Origin: Desulfurococcales archaeon
GTDB taxonomy: Archaea > Thermoproteota > Thermoprotei_A > Sulfolobales > Desulfurococcaceae
Length of the DNA stretch: 64,000 bases
Direction: 5' to 3'
Assembly: GCA_027022365.1 (NCBI GenBank)
Contig: JALVYU010000031.1
Location: 320,001-384,000, forward strand
The notes under the pieces were generated by a model. The model was given only the letters and a program-made list of their open reading frames with translations, was not told where the DNA came from and made no database searches. Made by a program: the position numbers and the translations under genes. The stretch's first letter is position 1; every line of letters starts with the position of its first letter. This document shows, one piece after another, positions 1-10,098 of the stretch.

Positions 1-737
1 GATGCAGTTGCGACGCCTAGCAGTACGCTGGCAAGGCTCATGGTGAGATTATTGGTCAGCATGTACTGTATTATTTCAACGATACTACTACTAGGGATGA
101 CCATAGTGGCTACTCTGAAGACCAGGGGGAGAAGGTAGCGTGGATAATATACGCCTACGAGTATCAGTAGTAGCGGTCTAGCGATATTGATTATTCTCCA
201 GCCCTCCTCCGACACCATGTATGCTAGCCCCATGGTAACCATTGCTATGGGGACCATGAACAATCCGGCGAGAACAGATAAGAATACCACGAGCAATGCT
301 AGGACAGCGCCCTCCACGCCATAGTAGTAGACATAGACGGGCGTGAGACAAATGATCCCCTGAACAATGAACGGGGCAAGCATTGGGAGAGCAACAGCCA
401 GGTATCTCAATATACGTGGAGCCGGAGAAGCGAGGATGTAGGGCAGAGTTCCAGCCCACATATCTGATGAGGGCCTCTGCATGATCATATCGGCACCTAT
501 GAGGACTGTCAACATCAGGTAGCTCATCGTAAGGAAGAAAGTTATGGCGGAAACATGGAACCGCTGGCTAAAACTCGTCAGACCACCCACAGCTAAGCCC
601 ATGATAACGAATAACAGGGTCAATATGTACGGGTAAACAATAAACGATACGATCAGGCTCTTCCGCCTAGTTAAATCCTTGTAGAAAGCCATCCATTCAG
701 CCCATAAGATCTCTCTGAGACCCAATGAACCCGTCAC
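1..737 (-). CDS. ABC-2 type transporter permease, partial (runs off the window start)
   Basis: Not in the ORF track. Translated by hand from a GTG overlapping the ATPase stop (GTGA): MTGSLGLREILWAEWMAFYKDLTRRKSLIVSFIVYPYILTLLF...GTLPYILASP, multi-TM ABC-2 pattern. Confidence 0.85.
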   Translation of the reverse strand, partial: MTGSLGLREILWAEWMAFYKDLTRRKSLIVSFIVYPYILTLLFVIMGLAVGGLTSFSQRFHVSAITFFLTMSYLMLTVLIGADMIMQRPSSDMWAGTLPYILASPAPRILRYLAVALPMLAPFIVQGIICLTPVYVYYYGVEGAVLALLVVFLSVLAGLFMVPIAMVTMGLAYMVSEEGWRIINIARPLLLILVGVYYPRYLLPLVFRVATMVIPSSSIVEIIQYMLTNNLTMSLASVLLGVATA

Positions 738-1741
738 CCCTTACTGCTGTAGTAGACAAAGACATCCTCGAGGGTCGGCTCTTCCACGGTTAGCTTCACT
801 ATATCGGCACCATTAGAGACCAGCACACGGATGACATCACCGATTAACTCCTCCGGCTTTCTAGCCTTGAACATAATAGTTGTGAGCCCATTCTCTCTAC
901 GTATTTCAGGGTCGACACCGATCACTTCCTTCAATTTATCATATCTACGGGGCCCGCCCTTGACCATGATCTTTACGGTCCTGAAAGCCATGATCTTGTC
1001 TTTCAGCTCGTCCGGCGTGCCCTCGGCAACTATTATTCCCTTATTGATCAATATGATCCTATCGCAGACTATCTCGGCCTCAAACATGTTGTGGGTGGTG
1101 TACAGGACGGTCTTGCCTTCCCGGTGGGCCAACCCCTTGACGAGATCCCTGATCTTGCGGGCGCTAGGAGGATCTAGGCCTAGGGTAGGCTCGTCCAATA
1201 ATACGACGTCGGGATCGCGCAGGAGTGCTCGGGCAAGATTGAGTCTTGCCTTCATGCCGAGACTGTATTCCTCGAATAATCTATCACTAGCACCTAGTTC
1301 TTCAAGACCTACTACCTCGAGGACCTCTTGCACACGCTTCTTAATAGTGTTGGAGGAGAGACCATAGAGCGCTGCGAAGTACTCTAGGTTCTCTCTTCCA
1401 GTCAGCTTATTGTAGAAGCCCTTCTCAACCGTCAACATTACCCCGATATTCTTTCTAACCATGTCCGCCTCCGTAACCACATCATAGCCTTTAACATATG
1501 CTTCTCCTTCATCCGGAATTAGGAGGGTGGATATGATCTTGATCGTAGTTGTCTTTCCAGCACCATTAGGACCGAGTAACCCCACTACTTCGCCCGGATA
1601 AATCTTAAAACTAACGCCCTTCAAAGCCTCTATAACAATGGTTCGGCCCTTGAATAATCCTTTCCTCTCCTTAGTCTTGTATCTTTTGATGAGACCTATT
1701 GCCTCAACGCTGGGGGACCTTGGCACAGCGAAACCCCTCAC
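734..1741 (-). CDS. ABC exporter ATP-binding protein (DrrA-like)
   Basis: Walker A GPNGAGKTT, signature YSLGM, Walker B VLLDEPT, H-loop, C-terminal EPTLEDVF. Confidence 0.95.
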   Translation of the reverse strand: MRGFAVPRSPSVEAIGLIKRYKTKERKGLFKGRTIVIEALKGVSFKIYPGEVVGLLGPNGAGKTTTIKIISTLLIPDEGEAYVKGYDVVTEADMVRKNIGVMLTVEKGFYNKLTGRENLEYFAALYGLSSNTIKKRVQEVLEVVGLEELGASDRLFEEYSLGMKARLNLARALLRDPDVVLLDEPTLGLDPPSARKIRDLVKGLAHREGKTVLYTTHNMFEAEIVCDRIILINKGIIVAEGTPDELKDKIMAFRTVKIMVKGGPRRYDKLKEVIGVDPEIRRENGLTTIMFKARKPEELIGDVIRVLVSNGADIVKLTVEEPTLEDVFVYYSSKG

Positions 1742-2022
1742 ATCCTGTTTGATTCATTGTTCTTTATAATGCGTATGTGGAGGGGTCTCCATAGTGGAAT
1801 ATAGGACCTTGTCTAGCACGCTCCACATCTTATGGTCTAGGACTGTCCACCCGGAAACATATGATTCCTGCGCTAATAAAAAAGAATTACATATCAAGAG
1901 TAGCCGGAACGTGGCCAAAGGGGGATCGGAAGTCCCGTCTGCCTTGCTCGCCGATTAGGTTTTATTATATGTTAATAATGATATGTAGGTAGTATTGGCC
2001 TCTCAAGGAGCTTGTAAGGTGT

Positions 2023-5000
2023 ATGGTTTTGGGCCGAATAGGCAGGATCAACGGTCACTATAATCCTTGGACTGTGGAGGAAGAGATTAAACGCTTCTGG
2101 GAGGAGAACAAGATCTACGATAAGGTCAAGAAGAAAAGCATGTCTCAGCCTAGAAAATTCTTATTCATAGACGGGCCCCCTTACCCCAGCGGAGATATAC
2201 CACACATAGGTACTGCTTGGAATAAGACCATCAAAGACGTGATCCTCAGATACAAGAGAATGAGGGGCTACAACGTATATGATCGCCCCGGGTACGACTG
2301 CCACGGCCTCCCGATTGAGGTGAAGGTCGAGCAAAAACTAGGGATCAAAGTAAAGCGTGAGATAGAGGAGAAGATAGGCGTAGACAAGTTCATTCAAGAG
2401 TGTAAGAACCTAGCCCTCAGCAACCTCTCAAGCATGACAAAGTGGTTCCGAGAACTAGGAGTGTTCATGGACTGGGAAAACCCCTACCTAACACTGAGAG
2501 ACGAGTACATTGAGGCTGGATGGTGGCTTTTCAAGAAGGTGTACGAGAAGGGCCTCCTGGACAGCGAGCTGAGGGTAGTGTACTGGTGCCCAAGGTGCTC
2601 CACGACACTTGCCGAGTACGAGATAGAGTATAAGGTATTAGAGGATCCGAGCATATACGTAAAGTTCCCCGTAAGAGGAAGGGAAAAAGAATACATCCTG
2701 ATCTGGACCACGACGCCCTGGACGCTCCCGGCCAACACCTTCGTAATGGCTCACCCAGACGAGACCTATGTTAGGATAAGGGTTGGTGACGAGAAATACA
2801 TTCTCGCCAAGGCGAGGCTAGAACATGTCGTAAGGGAGACCGGGATAAGAGAGTACGAGGTAATCGAGGAGTTCATGGGTAAGGAGCTAGAGGGGCTCGA
2901 GTATGATCATCCGCTGAGAGACATTGTCCCCCTACAGGAGAAACTATCAAAACACCATAAGGTCTTCATGGCCCCCGAAGTAGTCACGATGTATGAGGGT
3001 ACAGGACTAGTACACGGAGCGCCCGGACACGGTATGGAGGATTTCAGCATAGCGAAGAAATACGGCGTAGACATTATCGCTAGCCCTGTAGACGATGAGG
3101 GAAGATTCACCGAGGAGGCGGGCAAGTATAAGGGCCTATACGCCAGGGACGCCAACCCGGTTATAATACAAGACCTTAGAGACAGGGGAGCCCTCCTATG
3201 GAGCGGCTCTCTCCAGCACAAGTACCCTATATGCTGGAGATGTAAGACCCCTGTACTCCAGAGGGCTACGAGGCAGTGGATAATAAGGGTGACGAAGCTC
3301 AAGGAGGAACTGAAGAGAGAGGCTTCAAGAGTTAACTGGATGCCCGGATGGGCGCTTGAAAGACTAATGAACATGCTGGAGAATCTGCAGGACTGGGTGA
3401 TAAGCAGGCAGAGGTACTGGGGAACACCACTACCAATATGGATATGCCCAGAAGGCCATAGGCTCGTCATAGGCAGTATCAAGGAGCTCGAAGAACACGG
3501 TGGTAGAAGACCAGTAGAACTGCACAGGCCGTGGATAGACGAGGTGGTGTTGAAATGCCCTGTCTGCGGGAAACCCATGAAGAGAGTGCCGGACGTAGCG
3601 GATGTTTGGTTTGACAGCGGAATAGCATTCTATGCGGCGAGAGCTCATCCCGAGAGGCTCCCTAGGGACGAGGTCGTCCTAGACTTCATAACGGAGGGAC
3701 ATGACCAGATTAGGGGCTGGTTCTTCAGCCTCCTAAGATCCGGTGTCTTGGGCTTCGGCAAAGCCCCCTACAAGAACGTGCTGGTCCACGGCTTTGTCCT
3801 GGACGAGCATGGGAGAGAGATGCATAAGAGCCTTGGAAACTATGTGGGCACTGATGAGGCCATAGAGAAGATGGGTAGGGACCCCCTTAGGCTATGGGTT
3901 CTACAAGCAACCGCGTGGGAGGACTTAAGGTTTAGCTGGAAGGGCATAGAGGAGACTAGGAAGGATCTAAGTATAGCGTGGAACACATATGTCTTCGCAT
4001 CAACATATATGGAGCTCGACTGCTACGACCCAATAGAGCAGGGACTGGAAAGGCTCAGGGAACACCTAAGGATAGAGGACAAGTGGATCCTGTCAAGAAT
4101 AAACACCCTCACCAAGAAGGTTACGGAGTACCTTGAGAAATACTATGTCCACGAAGCCGCGAGACTCATCAGGAAATTCATCGTAGAGGATGTGAGCCAC
4201 TGGTACATAAGGCTGATAAGGCCTCGTGTATGGATCGAAGAGAACGTTCCCGACAAGCTCGCAGCCTACGCTACACTCTATTATGTGTTGAAGAAATGGC
4301 TGCTCCTGGCAAGCCCGATGATACCCTTCATGGCTGAGAAAATATACCGGGAGTTCATAAGGCCCGCGGAGCCCGGTGCGCCAGAATCAATCCATCTAAT
4401 GGAGTGGCCGAGCATTGACGAAGAATACATTGATCCAGGGCTTGAGGAGGAAATGGAGCTGGTCAGGCAGATCTATGAGGCCTCGGCGGCAGCGCGTATG
4501 AAGGCCGGGATAAAGCTGAGACAGCCGGTCAAAAGCATAATAATATATAGTGACGATGAAAGAATCGCTGAGACGGTGAAGAAGTACGCCGATCTAGTAA
4601 AGCGTATAGCCAACGCTAAGAACGTGGAGGTAAGACCCGTAAGTGAACTAGGAAAACTAGTCAGGTACAAGATAGAGCCGATTTACAAGGAGATAGGGCC
4701 GAGATTCCGCAAACAGGCTAGGCAGGTGATAAAGTATCTCCTAGAACACCAGGACGAAGTAGCCAGAACAATACTTGCAGAGGGCAAGGCCCTGATCAAG
4801 CTGGAAGACGGCGGCGAAGCCGAGATAACCAAGGACTATGTCAAGATAACACCAGTATATATTGAGGGCTACAGCGTGGAGGACACGGAGTGGGGAGCCG
4901 TAGTAATAGATACAAGGCTAACAGAGGAGGAGCTGGCGGAGGGCCTAGCAAGAGACGTTATAAGACGCATACAGGTCATGAGGAAGGAGCTAAACCTACC

Positions 5001-5196
5001 GCTCGACGCCAAGATAATCGTCTGGATGACAGTGCCGGAGCCGCATGTAAAGCTGATCGAGAAGAAGCTCAGCTACATCGCTGGCGAGACGCGTGCAGAG
5101 AAAATAATGATAACGAGCGAGCACCCCGGCGACGCCTATACCAAGGAATGGGAGATCGAGGGGGAAACATACAAGATATCGATCAGACAAATCTGA
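2023..5196 (+). CDS. ileS: Isoleucine--tRNA ligase (archaeal/eukaryote type)
   Basis: 1057 aa; DGPPY..HIGT (HIGH), GYDCHGLP, WTTTPWTLP, GTGLVH, DWVISRQRYWGTP, EGHDQIRGWF, EMHKSLGN (KMSKS). Confidence 0.98.
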   Translation: MVLGRIGRINGHYNPWTVEEEIKRFWEENKIYDKVKKKSMSQPRKFLFIDGPPYPSGDIPHIGTAWNKTIKDVILRYKRMRGYNVYDRPGYDCHGLPIEVKVEQKLGIKVKREIEEKIGVDKFIQECKNLALSNLSSMTKWFRELGVFMDWENPYLTLRDEYIEAGWWLFKKVYEKGLLDSELRVVYWCPRCSTTLAEYEIEYKVLEDPSIYVKFPVRGREKEYILIWTTTPWTLPANTFVMAHPDETYVRIRVGDEKYILAKARLEHVVRETGIREYEVIEEFMGKELEGLEYDHPLRDIVPLQEKLSKHHKVFMAPEVVTMYEGTGLVHGAPGHGMEDFSIAKKYGVDIIASPVDDEGRFTEEAGKYKGLYARDANPVIIQDLRDRGALLWSGSLQHKYPICWRCKTPVLQRATRQWIIRVTKLKEELKREASRVNWMPGWALERLMNMLENLQDWVISRQRYWGTPLPIWICPEGHRLVIGSIKELEEHGGRRPVELHRPWIDEVVLKCPVCGKPMKRVPDVADVWFDSGIAFYAARAHPERLPRDEVVLDFITEGHDQIRGWFFSLLRSGVLGFGKAPYKNVLVHGFVLDEHGREMHKSLGNYVGTDEAIEKMGRDPLRLWVLQATAWEDLRFSWKGIEETRKDLSIAWNTYVFASTYMELDCYDPIEQGLERLREHLRIEDKWILSRINTLTKKVTEYLEKYYVHEAARLIRKFIVEDVSHWYIRLIRPRVWIEENVPDKLAAYATLYYVLKKWLLLASPMIPFMAEKIYREFIRPAEPGAPESIHLMEWPSIDEEYIDPGLEEEMELVRQIYEASAAARMKAGIKLRQPVKSIIIYSDDERIAETVKKYADLVKRIANAKNVEVRPVSELGKLVRYKIEPIYKEIGPRFRKQARQVIKYLLEHQDEVARTILAEGKALIKLEDGGEAEITKDYVKITPVYIEGYSVEDTEWGAVVIDTRLTEEELAEGLARDVIRRIQVMRKELNLPLDAKIIVWMTVPEPHVKLIEKKLSYIAGETRAEKIMITSEHPGDAYTKEWEIEGETYKISIRQI

Positions 5197-5215
5197 TAAA
5201 ATACTATCGTTTCTC

Positions 5216-5506
5216 TCAAGCTATTTTCTTGACCCTGAATTTCGCGACTCTGCTGGTTTCACTCTCTTCTATGATCTCGGTTATCTCGGCTTCAACCCCG
5301 TGGTCTTCCAGCACGTACTTTAGATCCTCGATCCAGTCATTGATTCCACACGTGAAGCAAAAAGAGCCAGTGAACCTGACAATCAGCTCTTTGTCTTTAT
5401 AATCAATAATTTCCGCTATTGCTTCGGGTGACCGGTACCTGTTGTATTCATCGATCGCCTCAGTGATCTTTGCTGGCACTTTAACTTTATGTACAGCATC
5501 TCTCAT
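5216..5506 (-). CDS. Conserved archaeal hypothetical protein with a CxxC motif (NifU/Nfu-like segment)
   Basis: VRFTGSFCFTCG motif; GGTGA RBS before the ATG. Confidence 0.75.
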   Translation of the reverse strand: MRDAVHKVKVPAKITEAIDEYNRYRSPEAIAEIIDYKDKELIVRFTGSFCFTCGINDWIEDLKYVLEDHGVEAEITEIIEESETSRVAKFRVKKIA

Positions 5507-5588
5507 TCCGTGATCACCAGTAGTGGTTATGAGGATTTGGGGAAAAGTTCTGTTTGCCGAAGGGTTATCTGGCTAAGTAAAAAAGGCT

Positions 5589-5960
5589 CTAGAACCTGAT
5601 CTCTTTTCTGGCCTCCCATAATCCGTGCAGGTTGCAGTATGCGATGGCATAGAGTGTTCCCGGCTTCTCGAGCTTCAGTGTGATCTCCAGTTTTGGCTCA
5701 GCGTATCCTGGCTCCAAGTCGATGGTCGCCAGCCTCACGGGGTTGAAGGGGCGGCCTTCCTCGTAATAATATAGCTCGATCCTCCTTATGCTGTGCTGGG
5801 CCGTGTTTGGATGGGGGCCCACCTCTACTTTTACTGTGAATGGCTCGCCGGGCTTGATCTGCTCCGGAACCTCTATTTTTGGGGTATGCGTCTCTGCCTT
5901 AGTTATTGCCTGGCCTTGGGCTGTTTCCGGGGAGTATATGAGTTCGGAGAATCTGGGCAT
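5589..5960 (-). CDS. sor: Superoxide reductase / neelaredoxin (class II SOR-like)
   Basis: Fe ligands present in ETHTP, PHPNTAQH and YCNLHGLW (4 His + Cys). Confidence 0.9.
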   Translation of the reverse strand: MPRFSELIYSPETAQGQAITKAETHTPKIEVPEQIKPGEPFTVKVEVGPHPNTAQHSIRRIELYYYEEGRPFNPVRLATIDLEPGYAEPKLEITLKLEKPGTLYAIAYCNLHGLWEARKEIRF

Positions 5961-6063
5961 TTATTAATCACCATTTATCTAGTTCTGTCTTTTCTCTTTA
6001 TTAAGGATTACCTCTACAAAGTATTTTGTTAGAAAAACTAATCAATCTGCATAGATAGTCAAG

Positions 6064-6264
6064 TCATTGGTCAGTCTTTTTGGCGGCGTCGCGATATATT
6101 GACAGGCTTGTGCTCAACAGTATTATGCCGGTTACAAACGATAACAGGCTTTCAAGAACCTTATTGTACACGAGAACATATACGGCGAATGAGAAGAAAC
6201 CTATTGAGGCCAGTAGCGATATCAAACTATATATTAGGCCGAACCTGCGTAGTTGGCTCCCCAT
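6064..6264 (-). CDS. Small two-TM membrane protein
   Basis: Two hydrophobic helices; AGGTG RBS; last gene of the MoxR operon. Confidence 0.7.
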   Translation of the reverse strand: MGSQLRRFGLIYSLISLLASIGFFSFAVYVLVYNKVLESLLSFVTGIILLSTSLSIYRDAAKKTDQ

Positions 6265-6288
6265 CTTTACACACCTTTATCTAAGACC

Positions 6289-6957
6289 CTAGTATGTGTT
6301 TATGGTAAGAAAAAATATCGTAAGAACCATGGATACGGCTAAAGCAATATTAGATAATACTCTATGACCTTTGCGCCTCAGAGCTAGAGAGACAGTATAG
6401 GGCATGAGACCTAGAAGGCCCGCTGAGCTATATGAAGGCCATATAGCTGTGAGTAGAAGCACTATGCCGAGCACATAAGCCAGCTTTATAAGGGCGTTCT
6501 CGATGCTCGACAGTTCTCTTTTCAGCTTATCACCGATCCACGTGAAGAGCCCTGGTCTCGGATCAAGAGTTGCCGTGAGGGCCGTGAATACTACAAGTAT
6601 GTATAGCATCTCGGACTCCCACGCGCCAATGTATTCCAGCTTCTTCCCGGCAAGGACGAGGGATAGTCCAATGGCCAGCATCATGTAGACCGAGTACCTC
6701 GATAATGACCCCCATAGGATCTTTAGGCCGCCGCTGGCTCTATACGGTTTATCCGTCATGAGAAGCACGTACTTATAGCCGGGGATCAATGCGGCTATCA
6801 GTGCTATGTAGACCGGGTTAAGCCCGAGATATATGCCCGCAAGCACCGACCCTAGAATTATAGCTGCCGCTATCTCTGTCGCACAAATATATTTCTCCAG
6901 AATGATACCTATGCTTATCACTGCCAACACAATAATGAATATCACTAGATCATCCAT
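6289..6957 (-). CDS. Multi-TM hypothetical membrane protein
   Basis: Hydrophobic throughout; ATG overlaps the DUF58 stop (TAATG). Confidence 0.8.
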   Translation of the reverse strand: MDDLVIFIIVLAVISIGIILEKYICATEIAAAIILGSVLAGIYLGLNPVYIALIAALIPGYKYVLLMTDKPYRASGGLKILWGSLSRYSVYMMLAIGLSLVLAGKKLEYIGAWESEMLYILVVFTALTATLDPRPGLFTWIGDKLKRELSSIENALIKLAYVLGIVLLLTAIWPSYSSAGLLGLMPYTVSLALRRKGHRVLSNIALAVSMVLTIFFLTINTY

Positions 6958-8210
6958 TATCGTCGCCCTCCAACATTGATCCTAACACCTATCTCTGGAA
7001 TCTCAAATCCTAGCCCAAGCCCTGCTATTCGGGCCGCTATCCTTGAGAGGAGAGCCTTGTACTCGTCTCTGCCTGTGAGGCTCTCGTAGTCATAGTCGGG
7101 GAAGAGGAGGAAGAGCTTCCCCGCGTATACGTGGAGCAGCTTATCCAGCGGATCGGGTCCTTCCAGTAATAGTGTCAGCGGATTAGTGACGAGGACTACT
7201 AGATCGTACCGCATGGGGTCTATGCCGAGATACCGTGCTTGCTCAGCGTATACTGATAATGGTGACTGGCACCCCTCGCCCGGCTTTATTAGTGATGACA
7301 TATCATATATTGCTCCAAGAATGTCTTTTTCAACCCCTATCCTAAGCTTAGGGGATATGTCACAACATACGGCCATATCGATATGGGAGCCTGTCTTGGC
7401 TAGATATTCTAGTATTCCCCGTGCAAGCCTTAACTGTGCGTGGGCGAGAGTATTGGGTGGTCTTCCAACGTACCATAAATAGTTCCTTGTATCGACTAGT
7501 ACGAGGGTCTTAGCCCTTGACTCGCCGTAATCTAGTCTTACAACCAGTTTCCTCGTCTTTGCATATTCTTTCCACAGGATCTTTCTAGGGTCATCGCCTG
7601 GCTGGTACTCTCTATAACCGGCTAGATCGTATAGTCCTGACAATGATTTCCCAGCAATATATGCCCCGATGATCTTCTGGAGACTCTTAACGGAAACCCT
7701 TGTCCTAGCGGTTCTCGGCAGAGCCACAGTGTACGCGTTAGCTGTATAGGAGTATTGCTCGAAGAAGTAGCCCAGTGGATCGGTTATCGACATATAGAGC
7801 TTTCCGAAGCAATGGGTTCCGGGAGCCTCTACCCTAAAGAGATATTCTGCTACGGCCTCGCATCTCGGAGGTAATGCTATTGTGAATACGGGTTTCTTCC
7901 TGGTGCTCGTGAACTCGGGGAGCGTGTCGATCGCCATTAGCCGCGGGATAGGCTTATCTCCATGGTTCTTGAACCTCAGAATCATTTTCACCTGGTCTAG
8001 CTCACCGCATACCTTCTTGTCTACGCCACGCTCGACAGTGATGTCCCGTACATAGTTTTTTGTCTGGAAGAACACGTGGTATTCGTAGTAGAAAACAAGT
8101 ATGAGTGCGAGAGCTATGGATAATCCGATCAGGGATCTAGAGTACAGGCTGTATAGGAGAAGCAATAAAGCAACGACTAGATGTGTGTATCCGCTAAAAG
8201 TTATCTTCAA
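6957..8210 (-). CDS. DUF58 domain protein (MoxR partner)
   Basis: TDPLGYF and YREYQPGDDPRKILWKEYAK motifs; N-terminal TM helices; TTGA overlap with moxR. Confidence 0.9.
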   Translation of the reverse strand: MKITFSGYTHLVVALLLLLYSLYSRSLIGLSIALALILVFYYEYHVFFQTKNYVRDITVERGVDKKVCGELDQVKMILRFKNHGDKPIPRLMAIDTLPEFTSTRKKPVFTIALPPRCEAVAEYLFRVEAPGTHCFGKLYMSITDPLGYFFEQYSYTANAYTVALPRTARTRVSVKSLQKIIGAYIAGKSLSGLYDLAGYREYQPGDDPRKILWKEYAKTRKLVVRLDYGESRAKTLVLVDTRNYLWYVGRPPNTLAHAQLRLARGILEYLAKTGSHIDMAVCCDISPKLRIGVEKDILGAIYDMSSLIKPGEGCQSPLSVYAEQARYLGIDPMRYDLVVLVTNPLTLLLEGPDPLDKLLHVYAGKLFLLFPDYDYESLTGRDEYKALLSRIAARIAGLGLGFEIPEIGVRINVGGRR

Positions 8211-9166
8211 GGAACCTCTACCCTTTCGAGAATGAAGTCGATGATCTTGTCAGGCGTCAGCCCTGTTATCAAGGCTTCACCGGATAACATTATCCTATGC
8301 CTCAAAGCAGCATGGGCAACGTACTTCACATCATCGGGTGTTATATAGTCTCTCCCCCTCATAAGAGCTATTCCTCTTGAGAGCAGTAGGAGTGCTATTG
8401 CTCCACGGGGTGATGCACCCAGCCTCACCATTTTATGGCTACGGGTAGCCTCCACGATCAATGCTATGTATTTCAACACGTTCTTATCAGCCCTGATCTT
8501 CTTAACCGTACTGATTATCTCCAAGATCTCTTTCGGCGTGAGGACAGGCTCCACATCTTCTTCGCGGACTATATCGTAGTAGCGCATAAGGATCTCAACA
8601 GTCTCATCCACACTGGGATACCCTATAATGATCTTGGACAAGAACCTGTCAACTTGTGCTTCGCTCAGGGGGAATGTCCCCTCGATCTCAATGGGGTTCA
8701 TTGTCGCAATAACGAGGAAGGGGCTCGGCAACCTGTATGTTCTGCCCTCGATGGTTACTTGTCTCTCCTGCATAGCCTCAAGCAGTGCCGCCTGGGTCTT
8801 CGGAGGCATACGGTTTATCTCGTCCACAAACAGGATATTGGTGAACACTGGACCCTGCTTGAAGACGAAGCCTTGCCTGGAAGGGTCGAAGATTTGTACC
8901 CCGATAATATCTGATGGCAGCATATCTGGTGTTCCCTGTACACGTTTGAAGTCCAGGCCCAGAGACCTGGCTATAGTTTTTGCCATTAGGGTCTTTGCGA
9001 CACCGGGGACTCCCTCGAGGAGGACATGGCCCTCGGAAAACAGTGTCGCCAAGACCAGTTCTAGCTCCTTCTTCTTACCGATCACTTTCTTCGAGACATT
9101 GTCTATGACGCGGGATAATAGTCTACTATACTTCTTTACTTTTTCTTCGAGGTCTCGGCTCCCCAA
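8207..9166 (-). CDS. moxR: MoxR family AAA+ ATPase
   Basis: GHVLLEGVPGVAKT, TPDMLPSDIIG, DEINR.PPKTQAALLEAMQERQVT, ATMNPIE.EGTFPLSEAQVDRF, GASPRG. Confidence 0.95.
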   Translation of the reverse strand: MGSRDLEEKVKKYSRLLSRVIDNVSKKVIGKKKELELVLATLFSEGHVLLEGVPGVAKTLMAKTIARSLGLDFKRVQGTPDMLPSDIIGVQIFDPSRQGFVFKQGPVFTNILFVDEINRMPPKTQAALLEAMQERQVTIEGRTYRLPSPFLVIATMNPIEIEGTFPLSEAQVDRFLSKIIIGYPSVDETVEILMRYYDIVREEDVEPVLTPKEILEIISTVKKIRADKNVLKYIALIVEATRSHKMVRLGASPRGAIALLLLSRGIALMRGRDYITPDDVKYVAHAALRHRIMLSGEALITGLTPDKIIDFILERVEVP

Positions 9167-10098
9167 TCTTTTAGCCCCCTCTGAATCTCTTTACGGGTAA
9201 TCAATGCCTCGTGTCTCGCAGGTTTCTTGAGCTTGGGGTAGGGTGCCCGGGGAAAGCTGAACAAGTACATTGATACAAACCCTGTGGTGATCATCCATAG
9301 AATCATTAGGGAGATTATCTTTAGCAGGCCCCGGTGCCCGAAGAATAATCCGGGAAAGCCGGAGACCATAGCCATGATGGTGTTAATAGTCATTACTCCT
9401 TTTAATGAATACATCATCCTATATGCTCTATTACCCTCATAGACCAGGATCTCCTTGTTCCCGACCAAGCGTTTTATGAAGTATGTATCGTGTACGCCGT
9501 AACGCGTGTCTGTCACTATGTAGTTTATTACGAGGCTCGAATCACCGATCACTATCACTTCTCCCTTACCGATCTTCTTCTCGAAAGCCACAACGCCGTT
9601 CCCGGCCCAGCAGATAGGCCTGGCATTCCTAGGCTCTGGGAAAGTCTTGAAGACATCGAATAGGACGGGCACGGCACGATCATCCACTCTACATATACCC
9701 ATAACAACACGCCCGGCAAAAACACCCGTGTTAACTCCCAGTAGCTTTAGGATCGCATCTGTATTATTTGTTTCATCCATAACTATTACTTCTCCGCCAT
9801 TCCTAACCCATTCGAGCACCTTGCGGGCATCATCTATGCTTATGGGCTTATCCGGGCTTATAATGAACAATACGTGAATCCATGGCGTGTATTGATGGAG
9901 ATCATCGAAGTCCGTGATGACTATCGGGCTATTCCTATACATCATTACCATGAAGAAATAGGATACACCTCCCGGGCCATTATTATATATTGATGGGGAA
10001 TCACCTATCACCTCGCGGGCTATCATTAAGTTTGAGTAGACAATCAATAAGATCAGAACAACGGCTATACTTACGCCGATAGCTTTTGAGCCTATCAG
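9136..10098 (-). CDS. DUF4350-like membrane-anchored protein of the MoxR operon (start extended to a probable CTG at 10098)
   Basis: SIYNNGPGG, WVRNGGEVIVMDE and GKGEVIVIGDSSLVIN motifs. The frame is open upstream of the ORF-track start (10047) through a hydrophobic anchor. Confidence 0.75.
   Translation of the reverse strand: MIGSKAIGVSIAVVLILLIVYSNLMIAREVIGDSPSIYNNGPGGVSYFFMVMMYRNSPIVITDFDDLHQYTPWIHVLFIISPDKPISIDDARKVLEWVRNGGEVIVMDETNNTDAILKLLGVNTGVFAGRVVMGICRVDDRAVPVLFDVFKTFPEPRNARPICWAGNGVVAFEKKIGKGEVIVIGDSSLVINYIVTDTRYGVHDTYFIKRLVGNKEILVYEGNRAYRMMYSLKGVMTINTIMAMVSGFPGLFFGHRGLLKIISLMILWMITTGFVSMYLFSFPRAPYPKLKKPARHEALITRKEIQRGLKDWGAETSKKK

Noticed and set aside
1898-1953. TGGCCAAAGGGG resembling a tRNA-Leu D-loop
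   Set aside because: No T-loop (GTTCRA) or complete cloverleaf, so not a tRNA gene.
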